Assembly (NCBI GenBank): GCA_964016885.1
Contig: OZ024742.1
Span: 355,198,001 to 355,262,000, forward strand
Origin: Eledone cirrhosa
Taxonomy: Eukaryota
Reading direction: 5' to 3'
DNA length: 64,000 nt
Part shown: positions 1-12,109 of the stretch, one piece after another
How positions within the stretch are numbered: the first letter of the stretch is position 1
How the letters are laid out: each line of letters begins with the position of its first letter
Program-made: the position numbers and the translations under genes
Notes under the pieces: generated by a model
What the model saw: only the letters and a program-made list of their open reading frames with translations
What the model was told of the DNA's origin: nothing
The model's database searches: none

Positions 1-365
1 GAGAGAAAAAAGTAAGAGAGAGAGAGAGAGAAAGAGTGAGGGAGAGAGCGAGTAAGTAGCTATCCTGTTTCGTCTGGAACTACCTGTTGAAACGGCAAGA
101 GATCAGCCGTCGGGATCCTGACTAATTCATGTAACCAGTATCAAGTAATCTAGTGGGTAAATGCCTAACCAGTTTCTAACTACATCATTCCATATATACA
201 CACACACATATATATATATATATATATTAGAAAGTGAGGTTTTTTTTACAAAATGAAAAATAACCGAGGTGTCCTACACGAGTGAAAGTATAAAGAAAAA
301 AAGATGAAATCGAAAATGCAACTGGAGTCTTATTTTAAAAAAATATATATAGATTTATTTGGTTC

Positions 366-401
366 CTTTACCGGTTTCGCAGTTCTTCTGCTTTTCAAAA
401 G
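366..401 (-). ncRNA. Minimal type I hammerhead ribozyme motif, U3-A8 core variant
   Basis: Minus strand reads ctt-TTGAAAA-gcag aagaa ctgc-GAAA-ccgg-TA-aag: stem I ctt/aag, stem II gcag/ctgc, palindromic stem III ACCGGT. Confidence 0.6.
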
Positions 402-646
402 TAGAGTTGAGATGGAGGGTCTGTGGTTTTTCTTACATCTGGTTGGTCTCTGAATGTTACTTGTATTATATGGAAAAAGTGGCTCGAAATGCCAGGTTTT
501 TCGAGAAGTAATTTGATTGGTTGGTCAATAATTATAATAAATTTCGCGCCAGTTCGCGTTACAAAGTTCTTCAAATAAGGGGGGGGGGTTGTCACAGGTT
601 GTTTTCTTCATATATGAGTGTTTGAACTTCATTTTGCTTAAAAAAA

Positions 647-1328
647 TAAACGTAATTTGATTGGTTATAAATGAAATTATGGCTATCACGTGAACAAGTT
701 TTTATTAAATTTTCGCGTCCTTTTTTGGAAATCCATTCTGTAGCCTTTTAGAGAATGTTATGACAAGTAAAAGATAATGGTCCAGAGAAATTGGATGGGA
801 GAATTGTTCTGGTTCAGGTAATATGGTTAGTTTGCTGGGGTGTCAGTATTCAGATTTTCTATTGAATAAAGAAAGTAAATATATGTATGTTTATTTGTGT
901 GCTTGTGTGTGTGTGTGTGTTGTGTGTGTGTGTTTAAATTTCTTTTTACTTAAAAAAAGGGGGCTCACGAAGGCTTTTTTTTAATAAACGTAATTTGATT
1001 GGTTATAAATGAAATTATGGCTGTCACGTGAACAAGTTTTCATTACATTTTCGCGCCCTTATTTGGAAATCTATTCTGTAGAATTTTTGGAGAATTTTAT
1101 GACAAGAAAAAGATAATGGTCAAGATAAATTGTATGGGAGAATTGTTCTGGTTCAGTGAATATGGTTAGTTCGCTAGGGTGTCAGAACTCAGATTGTCTA
1201 TTGAATAAAGAAAGTAAAGATATGTATGTTTAGTTGTGTGCTTGTGCTGTGTGTGTTTGAATTTATTTTCACGAAGGCTTTTTTTTTTTTTTTTTTTTTT
1301 TTTTATAAACGTAATTTGATTGGTTATG
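647..1328. repeat. Tandem direct repeat, ~330 bp unit (2 full copies plus the start of a third)
   Basis: taaacgtaatttgattggttat recurs at ~647, ~985 and ~1306, with colinear sequence between the first two. Confidence 0.85.
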
Positions 1329-2207
1329 CACAATTGTCTCCAATTATGAAACGCGAAATAAAAGACTTCAAGAATTAAAGGAAATTCTACTCGAAAGAGA
1401 GTACCCACTATTACTAATGAATAATTGTTTCTACTTTTGGCACAAGGCCAGCAATTGCCCAGTGTATTACAGGTACTTTATTTTATCCACCTCGTAAGGA
1501 TGAAAGGCAAAGTTAACCTCGGCGGGATTTGAACTATTACTAATAAATAATGGAATAGAAAGGGCTAATGCAATATGTATTGATGAATTACGAAAACAGA
1601 AACAAATTCTAGGTACGTCCAATATTCTATCATATATCTCAACACAACCCAAGAAATGCGGAAGCTTACAACACTATTCACAAGAACATCCCACTACTGA
1701 AACAAAACCCAAGAATGAAAAAAGCCCTTGAAACACACAAAATCAAAAACAAAAGACAACCGAAATCACTGAAAACATTACTCACCAATGCCAAATTACC
1801 TACCACAAACCCACAACCAAGTGTCAAAAAATCTGGTCGCTCTAATTGTGGAACCTGCTCTCACCTCATTGAAGGCATAAACGTATACATTTAAATTAGG
1901 ACAAAATTTTACTGTAAAAAATCACTTCACTTGCTCATCAAATAATCAGGTTTATGCCATTAAATGTAAAGGATGCAATGAAGATTATATAGGACAAACT
2001 AAACTCACATTCACAAAAAGAATGACAGTTCTTCGCCAACAATTACGAGATCCAACCACTAAGCGCACATCTAGACATATGCGCAAGTAATAAGACACCC
2101 AAATTCCAAGTCTTCCCAGTTTACCTTTACGCTAACAATACAACAGAACACATACGAATAAATAAGGAAAATATGTATATTCAAAATATAGACCAGCATT
2201 AAATATG
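1329..2207 (+). pseudogene. Decayed PLE RT C-terminus, Cys linker and GIY-YIG (Neptune-like)
   Basis: Manual translation: TIVSNYETRNKRLQELKEILLEREYP..., GRSNCGTC, NQVYAIKCKGCNEDYIGQT; frameshifted and interrupted by a SINE. Confidence 0.8.
1419..1532 (-). mobile_element. 5'-truncated SINE (family A) with 12-bp TSD
   Basis: Reverse complement of the family A 3' half; actattactaat duplicated at 1407-1418 and 1533-1544. Confidence 0.85.
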
Positions 2208-4864
2208 GTTTATGGTACGCAAACAGAAACGTACATACACAAGCATACGCAAACACTTACCATAGGTAAACAAAACCACGCACATATAAATATGTGTGTG
2301 TGTGTAAGCGCGTATACAAATAAATAAATAATTATATAAACGTATATAAATAAATAATTACGTATATAACAAGCGCACACACATACCTTCATGTAAATAC
2401 ACGAATGTTCGGAGAAGTAAGTCAACAAAAACATGAAGTACACATTTACACACACCCTACATACGTACGAACCTGCATACTCACACATACGCAATACTCC
2501 CGTATACACATAGCCAAACAATACGTACCACAATATATCAAATTATACGCCATAACAATCAAATATACGTACGAGAAGGTATGCATACCTTCACAAAACA
2601 TACGGGTAATATATACTTACCTATGCAAATAAGTAAAGGTATAAACAAAACATATACTTAGCTCCCACATCGAGACGTAAAATATCCACGTATAGATCGT
2701 ACTATCCGTTAGGGTATAACGTGGGGCTGTAATACAGGAAAGTTTTGTGCAATTTATGTTTACAAGCCGAAATTGCCTCAGATTTTTTGTTCAAGATGTG
2801 GCGTGTGGCGTAAAGTATTTCCAGGGCCTCAGCGGCGCAGAGGTCACATGGCCTTTTATTTCCGTTATACGATCTAGCCCTCGCTAGGATCTCCCAGTGT
2901 AACTTATATTGGGTGTGGTCGTCTTTTAGACTCCAGATATAAGCTGAAAGTGACGTCATATTCCTTCTTAGAGGGTAACGAAAAGAATGGGTATGCATGT
3001 AAAGACGCTGCTTGAATCTATTGGCGGTTAACCCTATGTAGGCCCTACGGGACGTGGGTGTTACAACCTTACATTTGTAGACAATGTTACTAGAGAGGCA
3101 TTTCCCGGATAGGGGGCAATCAACCCGATTCCTACAATTACAGTTAGTACTAACTACAGGGTTGCACGTGTTCCTACGGCTAGGTAGTTTAGCTAAATTT
3201 GAAGCTGTGATGTTATGTGCAAGGTTAGAAGTCGTAGAGTAAGACATTTTAATAGTTTTTATATTAACAATTTTACTATATTTATGTGTAGGGGGAAAAA
3301 AGCTTCGTAATAAGGGAAAGAAAGATCTTAGCTAATGGTGTGGCCACCTCCATATTATATGGTGGGTTATACCAACACATGCGACGGGATATATTTCTTC
3401 TAGGTCTATTTTCGTACTCTGTATATGCTACCTTATCGACAAATCCACTTCGAGCAAGAGCTTCATTGTAATAAGTGGAATGGTCGTTGAAAATACGCTC
3501 GTTGGTGGAAAGACGGGAAAGCCTCAACGAAACGTTTCTTACCAGGTTCTTGGTTATGCTGGCAGGATGGTTGGAATGCTTACTTATGTAATTAAGGCGT
3601 ATCATTCGGCTTTCTAGACGGGTAATACAACCCATTCAATAAGTTGAGGGTAACGTCGAGGTAATTAACGACAGATATTGGCCTCAACCTGTATAGAGAG
3701 GTTGAAGCCTTTAAAGAAGGATGTGAGTTCTTTTCTAAACCTGTCGCAAGCACGAGGTCCGCACTTAGTCATGGTCAAAAGACCATCGTCACAGTACAAA
3801 CCACCGCCCGCGTTGGGGAATTCGTCCTTGATAGAGAAAAGAAGGAAAAGCCGATAAGATCAGTAACCTCCGCAGAGTCACTGGTGCCCATACTCAGGTC
3901 GAATGGGGTTCTATTAAATTTTTTTATCCAAATAGAGTCGTCGAAATTAATCACCGACTTACGGGCATGGAGGATGACATCAACTTCTAAATTCTTAACC
4001 ACTGTGAGTGTTTTAGCGAAATTGATAGCTCTAAGGAGAAGTGGTAAAGTGATGGCGGAGTAGTAATTGTTGATGTCGAATTGGATAAAAAGGCAATGTT
4101 CCTTGTTACATATGCTGTTGAACCAATCAATCACCGCGAAGGAATTGTTCCACAGTGCAAGAGGGGCCAAACTTCAAATTTCAGGTATAATTCTATCAAG
4201 AATCGTCTTACTAAGTCTACCTAAATCGGACTTCGTAGGGTCAATAAGCCGAATAGAGGGGTTGTTCGGAAAATTGGATTTGTGATCCTTCAGGGATCTG
4301 GGGAGAAATAGGGTCCAGAGGTTCGGCCCGGTCCAGGATGTTGAGATCAGATGTGATTTTAAACGCAGCATCGTTGATTTCATTGATGACGCACCGATTA
4401 GTTTTACGGTATTCCTTAGTTAGAGCATTATGTAGTAGTTGATGGTAAGTACTGCGCTCTACTTGATATAGGTTGCCATTTTTTTCGGAATGGACGTGCA
4501 CGGCATTAGAATCCTTAATAGAACGAATTCTATTCTTTAGGTCTAGCTGTAAGGAATTGCTCCTATTCCGAAATGTGATACTCCGAATGAGTTCCCAGAC
4601 ATCATTTTCGAAGGGTAGCAATGCTGGGTTACACGGGGGTCTATTATAGGTTTTAAATCCAAATGTATCCTGTGTGTTGTCTGCTTTTCGCGGATTATCG
4701 AAGTAAAAGGCTCGCCAACGCAACCTTTTAATGAACGCTTCTGTTTTCTGTATCAGGAGTTTTAGGTATGTTTTCCTGCTTGGTACTGGTATGTTCTTTG
4801 TAGAAATATTCAGATGTTGTATCTGCATGATGAATATAAGTCAGTCTTAAACTTTAATCTGTTA

Positions 4865-4872
<8 letters not shown>
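2208..4872 (-). mobile_element. PLE copy 1 of the YRDD-type family: RT plus GIY-YIG, frameshifted
   Basis: ORF pieces 4828-4241, 4170-3775, 3635-3282 and 3247-2702 give STKNIP..KRLRWRA, IQFDINNYY, WYNPPY, CPLSGKCLSSNIVYKC..YIGLT, CDLC..E; colinear with 26330-28700. Confidence 0.93.
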
Positions 4873-4945
<73 letters not shown>

Positions 4946-5033
4946 GTGTTTAGTAGCTAACTTGTTTTAAAAGGCGGTATGCCGGTTGAGGGTTGAGTAC
5001 TCCATGCTCTTGCTGCTCTTGCAGAGCAGAATA

Positions 5034-5123
<90 letters not shown>

Positions 5124-7302
5124 ATATATATAAGAGGTTAGGTGAGAATTATAGTAATGGTGTATTTATATAGATCTGATAATAATTACAGCAATATTGT
5201 GTTTAAAAGTGTTGAATAATCCACAACTGTTAATCACACGTACCTCGGAAACACAATATACAAAACAGTGAAATTAAATTAAAATGCGAAACAAACGAAT
5301 TAATATACAGGTGATTGTGAAATATGAATAAAATATCAACAGAAAATCGACATTTCCGATATGTACACGCTAACAAGAATATGGCGGTAATTGCCGAAGT
5401 TTGTAATCCTCATCTCCATTTGGTATGGTATCAATAACTAAACAATTGTGAATGTTACAAAACGGATTAACAAACTGAAATCACGTTAGCTGGGTTTTAA
5501 TTAAATTATGAATTTAATAACATACATTTTAAAGGCTTAATGCTTAGTTTAAAATCGGAAAATGTATAACTCACTAAAATGTCGATATCCCAGTGGGACT
5601 ATATTGTTGACTTCAGTTCAGCAATTTGCACATATGTAATTTTGGAGATAAATGAATTTAGCATACATAGAAATACCATATTAAACGGTGTAAACAAATT
5701 GAAATATATGCTTTTAAAATGATATTATAGAGTGATAAACGTGATGTTATATATACATATATATAACCACGTTTATCACTCTATTATCTCATTATATATA
5801 TATATATATATATATACATATATATGTATATATGTATAAGGTACACTATATGCATTGTTAGTTATAAAGCGTTCTGATGTTTAAAGCTCTGCCGTAATTG
5901 TTTTCAATATCCAAATAAATAATTTATATATTTTAAAACTTAGTAATTTTGTTTTGTGGTTTGCACATGAGCATATATGTGTATATATATATATATATGT
6001 GTGTGTTTTGTGTGTGTTCTGTGTGTGTATGTGTGTGTGTGTGTTCCCTGTGTTAGTGAGTGAGTGTGTGTGTGTTTAAATATATAACATAATGACTTAA
6101 AAACAGCAGAATTCGGGGCTAGAGCCTCCTTAAGCATTAAATTTTACGAAAATATACGTATTTCCATAGTCTACATTCAGCATCCCATTATGGTGCAAGA
6201 CTTGGGTGATTACATCAGTTGTTAATTGCACTCACCAATTCGGTGCTATTGTAACGGCAATAAATGAAACAGCTACATATTACTATATACATGATGAATG
6301 GTTTGCTTACGTGGAGTGTTTTAATTTAAGATATCATCGTCTACTAAGCAGAATGACAGAGTCTACCCACTGGATGGCAACCTAGCATAAATGGCTATAT
6401 ATATATATATTCACATTCTTTGTATATATATATATATATATACAAAGAATGTGAACAAAATATATATAGAGAGATTGAGCGAGGGAGAGACAGAAATATA
6501 GAAGGAGAGTGAAAGAGAATGAGTGAGAGAAAGTAGGAGGTAGCTATTGGGAAAATATACAATTACGATAAAGTATACATGCTTCGTTTGCGAAGCGTAA
6601 AGGCACTTGAAATCTGAGTATGTATATGAGTTGTCTCCTTTTCACATCCTTCTTCCACGATACAATACATGCTATGTAGTAAAAGTAATATTATCCTCAA
6701 ATGATTTACGTCAACAGCTTAGTATAGATAATTATGATTGACAAAGGCCCACAGCTAAGGTAATTAAAATCATATGGTAAACATCTTGATGAAGGAGAAA
6801 GACCTCACAATTCCGTTTCTATACTTCTGAAAACAATACGATAAACTATAGAATGATGTAAATTTAATTTGATTAGAAATATAACAAACCAAATAAACCT
6901 TAAAATACACAGAAACTCAAGGGTGAACACACAATGATGAAAACTTATGAAATTGTGAATTGAAAATTGTAATATATATTATACAACAATAAAAGAAATT
7001 CGCACACATACGTACATACATTTTATGTGTTTGAACACATTCACTATACTTTATATACATATATATATGGTTTTATCCATATAAATATAAGTGGATAACA
7101 CCAGTTTTAACCAGTTTTAATGGTGTAGTATAGTATAGCTATACTATAAAGAGTCGGGACCCGACAGCAGAGCCCTTGCCGATTCAACAGCTTGTTGAAC
7201 ATTTTAGAACTAGCTGTTGAAACGGCAAGAGCTCCACCATTGCGTACCATTTTTTTATGGTATATATATATATATGCATACACACACAGACACACATATA
7301 TA

Positions 7303-7377
<75 letters not shown>

Positions 7378-9136
7378 GATATTAAACAAATGGAAACTAT
7401 ATTTATAAAACCATATTTATTTCATTATACATATTTCGGGGATACCATATTAAAAATATGGCATGCCTTCTTCAGATAAAATACAATATATAAACAGTTT
7501 TATAAATAATTTTGACGTACCATAAATATTGACCAACCGTTATGTAAGAAGCTGGTTTGGTAGTGAGATGTTTATAAATATTTAGTGTTAAGCACAGTTA
7601 ACAATAAAGACGGAGAAAAAGAAGAAATGTATGTAAAGAAAAACAGAGAGAAATAGAGAGAGATAGGGGAGAGAGAAATAGTGAGGAGGTGAAAAAAGAG
7701 ACGCAGCTGAGGCAACAGATGAATAATAATAATTCATCATACAAATTGAGAGATTTAGGAGGGAGGGAGTACTGTAATTATTTAGTTATAGTGTTAAGAA
7801 CAGTTGGGGAGGAGACGGAGAGAAATAAAAAATGAAGAGAAAACAGAGAGAGAGAAAGATAGATGTGGGGGAAAAAAGGAGGTAGACCAAATAATAATAA
7901 TTATATATGGGGAGGTGAGAGAAATAGGAGAGAAATAAGAGAGAAATAAGAGAGAAACTCGAGAGGCAAAGTTAAAACAACCGATACATAGACTTCATGA
8001 TATATAAAGAGGGAGGAGAAGAAAGAGCTATATCTAGAGAGAGGGATGATAGATTTACATCTTTACGTTATGTCCTATCAATTTGAATTATCAATTCATA
8101 TGAATTGGGTAATATAATGTAAATATCAATACTCATGAAGGAGACATAGATATATAATGTGTGAAAAAATTTTTCTCAACAATGACCATATGTTTAGTTT
8201 AACATTCTGAGGTCAATGTACCAAAACTGAGATAAAACTTCAAAAAATACGGAAATATATAAGAATATACATACACATGCATATGCACTTTCCGGAAAAG
8301 GAAAGAAAGAGAAAAGGAGAAGGTCATCTCAAGTTCTAGTTGATACTATAGACATACCCATGATTTTACGTGATCAACCCTGTAATTTCTTGTTTCACAG
8401 AAATTTTTTTTTTCCTTTGTGTTATAAAAGATGTTACTATATATATATACATAAAAAACATATTAATATTCTTGCCCTCACATACATGATTATCGTTCAT
8501 GTATAGAATATTATGCATATCTGTAACATATCCAGAACTATACCCACACATACATATATATATATATATGTATGCACACATATATGTACATGGACAGATA
8601 AAATAAACAGATAAAATATACTCTGTAATCATTCCATATGCATGTTAATACATATGGCCTTTGTACAGAGACAACCAGATATCAATATATCAGCACAGAG
8701 ATATCAAAACGTTAAACATATTTTCATCACTCCCTAGAGTATCTCGGGCCGTAAAAACACAGTATGCCCCCTATATCAACCACATAAATCTACCCTTCCA
8801 ATTTATCTGACAATATATTGCCAAGTTCATTAGAAGCAATCAGAATCAAAAAGCAAACAAAAAAAACAAAAATTATTCAACAAAACTTATTTAGCAGAAA
8901 TCATTTAAAGGATTTAGGAGACCCTGTTGTTTTACGGAGGCTCTTATATTTAGTATAGAAGTTTATCTAGCGTAAAATGTATTCAATAGATTGGGAGCAT
9001 CTACATTTTAGGGTAGTTTAATTACATCATTAGTATATATTTATGAAGAAGGTTTAAAAGAAAAAGAAAAAGTTGAAGGAATCGAAAGATTTATCGTCAG
9101 GTTTCATACATTAATTAAATATCCTAATTAATTATA

Positions 9137-9575
9137 CTACATTTTAAATTTATATTTATATTTAAACGTTGAGTTAAATCTATGTCTGCAGCAACTGAAT
9201 AAATTGCTCCTTAAATTAAGGGAATTTTTGGATTTTAATATAAAGAATATCTCCTCCACACAGAGGTCACATGTCTCAGATGAGGAATTAAAAGGAATCC
9301 CTCTTGAGACAATATTCCAAAACATCGAATACCAATCGTTATCATGTTTAAGTTGCCAGAGTAAGCCTGATAATGAAGTTGAAGATTTTTTGTTTGGATC
9401 TGTGAAAAAATTCTTATGATTATTGTAGCGAAGTTTAAATTCTGTCGAGGTGGAACCAACATAGTTAAAAGAATTTAAGTTAGTTTTAACATTACAATTG
9501 TATATTATATTTTTAACTAAGCAATTGTTATTTAACGGACATTTAGATTTATTTCTACAGTTACAGTTGTATTTA
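9137..9575 (-). pseudogene. 5'-truncated PLE GIY-YIG endonuclease coding segment (frame uninterrupted)
   Basis: YNCNCRNKSKCPLNNNCLVKNIIYNCNV..YVGSTSTEFKLRYNNH..CDLCVEE..LNLRSNLFSCCRH; same lineage as 2702-3247. Confidence 0.9.
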
Positions 9576-10227
9576 CATTATACAAATATTGATATTTACA
9601 TTATATTACCCAATTCATATGAATTGATAATTCAAATTGATAGGACATAACGTAAAGATGTAAATCTATCATCCCTCTCTCTAGATATAGCTCTTTCTTC
9701 TCCTCCCTCTTTATATATGATGAAGCCTATGTATCGGTTGTTTTAACTTTGCCTCTCGAGTTTCTCTCTTATTTCTCTCCTATTTCTCTCACCTCCCCAT
9801 ATATAATTATTATTATTTGGTCTACCTCTTTTTTTCCCCCACCTCTATCTTTCTCTCTCTCTGTTTTCTCTTCATTTTTTATTTCGCTCCGTCTCCTCCC
9901 CAACTGTCCTTAACACTATAACTAAATAATTACAGTACTCCCTCCCTCCTAAATCTCTCAACTTGTATGATGAATTATTATTATTCATCTGATGCCTCAG
10001 CTGCGCCTCTTTTTTCACCTACTCACTATTTCTCTCTCCCCTATCTCTCTCTATTTCTCTCTGTCTTTCTTTACATACATTTCTTCTTTTTCTCCGTCTT
10101 TATTTTTAACTGTGCTTAACACTAAATATTTATAAACATCTCACTACCAAACCAGCTTCTTACATAACGGTTGGTCAATATTTATGGTACGTCAAAATTA
10201 TTTATAAAACTGTTTATATATTGTATT

Positions 10228-10283
10228 TTATCTGAAGAAGGCATGCCATATTTTTAATATGGTATCCCCGAAATATGTATAGT
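10228..10283 (+). ncRNA. Hammerhead-like motif (mirror copy at ~7425-7480, minus strand)
   Basis: CTGAAGA-agg c atgccatatt ttt aatatggtat c cc c-GAAA-tatgta; long stem II, stem I and cleavage register ambiguous. Confidence 0.5.
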
Positions 10284-10414
10284 GAAATAAATATGGTTTT
10301 ATAAATATAGTTTCCATTTGTTTAATATCGTATACCTACTCCAAAACTTGTCCAGTGCTTTATATCAGTTATAAAATATTTACTTGTTGTAACCCAACAA
10401 TTTTATATAAAACT

Positions 10415-10478
<64 letters not shown>

Positions 10479-10481
<3 letters not shown>

Positions 10482-11046
10482 CGTTTCTGAATTTGTTTAG
10501 CAAAATTCTATATCTGAAAACGTGTGCTGAAACAGATATTGTTATACTTTGGGAGGGTCATGTTGCCACTAAGAAACACACGCACCAGAGGGTTCATTTC
10601 AATTTATTATAATACATTTATAAATTTAGGAATTTATGAATTTCTGGTTGGTTGATTGGTTCCACAACTAGATCGTTGTTTATATATTGTCAAACTTCTT
10701 TCGTCATACATTCTGTGATGTGTTCAGGGACTGGGGTTATTTTCTTTGTTTTTTTGTGCCTCTCCTTTGTTCTGTCCTACGCCATCTTGTTTTTGATGGC
10801 ATAGGACAGAACAAACGAGAGGCATTAAAAACAAAGAAAATACTCCCCAGTCACTGAAGAGGTCACATAATGTGTGACGAAAGAACTTTGACAATATATA
10901 AACAACCATCTGGTTGTGGAACCAACCAACCAGCCGGAAATTTAGAAATTCCTAAATTTATAAATTTATTATAATAAATTGAAGTGAAAGTGCCTGGTGC
11001 GTGTATTTCTTATTGGCAACATGACCCTCCCAAATTATAACAATAT
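10479..11046. mobile_element. Non-coding PLE-end palindrome (arms 10536-10786 and 10795-11046) with left tail
   Basis: ~250 bp imperfect arms, 8-nt loop; the terminus atattgttatact(t/g)gggagggtcat is shared with the PLE at 29486-32283. Confidence 0.85.
10850..10892 (+). ncRNA. Minimal type I hammerhead ribozyme motif
   Basis: gtca-CTGAAGA-g-gtcaca taatg tgtgac-GAAA-gaac-TT-tgac; stem I gtca/tgac, stem II 6 bp. Confidence 0.7.
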
Positions 11047-11106
11047 GTATATATATATACATATATGTATATATATATATTTATATATATATATATATAT
11101 ATATAT

Positions 11107-11172
11107 GTAGATAAATCTACCAAGAGTTTACGGTAGTGTCCAATCCGTATGGATTGGACACTACCGTAAACT
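11107..11172. repeat. Mini foldback (22-bp arms plus 18-bp tail) between (TA)n runs
   Basis: agtttacggtagtgtccaatcc gtat ggattggacactaccgtaaact; the left part is identical to 47468-47511. Confidence 0.85.
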
Positions 11173-11176
11173 AATA

Positions 11177-11448
<272 letters not shown>

Positions 11449-11478
11449 TCACACACACACACATATATATATATATAT

Positions 11479-11635
11479 AATATAGAAAAGGCCACTACAG
11501 GACTAGAATTGTTTCCTTCGGCAGAAATCATCAGGCTTCCCTAATGAAACAGTGCTAGTCCTGTAGAAGCCATTTCTATATTAAATATTTATACTCTGCT
11601 TTATATTGCGTGCCGTACTGTGTTTACCTCCTTCG
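11479..11635. mobile_element. Short foldback of a PLE-like end with hammerhead-like core and tail
   Basis: Arms aatatagaaaaggc..gtttc and gaaac..tttctatatt; CTGATGA..GAAAC on the minus strand; homologous to 46349-46541. Confidence 0.7.
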
Positions 11636-11639
11636 ATCA

Positions 11640-11878
11640 CGAATGACCAAGGGATTTTCGATCCGGGGCACAAGTTTGCTTGGGGAAAACCAGCAGTTGC
11701 ACATGCATACCAGCTTCCACTCTCCACGCAGCCGATGATGGGAAAGGAAATGTCCCCAGAACGTCGCAACTCCTTTCTACGTCTGAGTACGAGAAATAAA
11801 ATATCTTGCTGAAGGACACGACGTATCAGCCGGTTTTTTGGAAGTCCAATGCTCTAAGCACTAAGCAATGCACCTTCA
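11640..11878 (-). mobile_element. SINE family B (tRNA head plus CORE-like segment), degenerate
   Basis: Minus strand has ggtgcattgcttagtgcttagagcattggac..gtgtccttcagcaagatattttatttc; similar to 44976-45130. Confidence 0.5.
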
Positions 11879-11964
11879 CACACACACACTCACACACACA
11901 CAGACATACACACACACTCACACACACGTATACAAACACACATACACACACACACATACACACA

Positions 11965-12078
<114 letters not shown>

Positions 12079-12109
12079 CTTATACATAATACATATATAT
12101 ACATATATA

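Larger units (their letters stand above)
227..1328 (-). mobile_element. PLE 3' terminal region (UTR), Neptune-like family, abutting (TA)n
   Basis: Shares the ttaccggtt(t/g)cgca...gcttttcaaaa motif with the 3' UTR of the PLE at 51898-54050; contains a hammerhead motif; joined head-to-head with the + strand ORF remnant at 1329. Confidence 0.55.
7373..10419. mobile_element. PLE foldback insertion: inverted arms 7373-8131 and 9587-10334, tail 10335-10419, flanked by (TA)n
   Basis: ~750 bp near-identical inverted repeat; the internal minus strand carries a GIY-YIG domain and 3' UTR. Confidence 0.9.

Noticed and set aside
10510-10545. Antisense hammerhead in the tail (ctgaaaa..gaaacagatattgtt)
   Set aside because: Core and stems are poor, and the homologous tail at 29500 does not preserve them.
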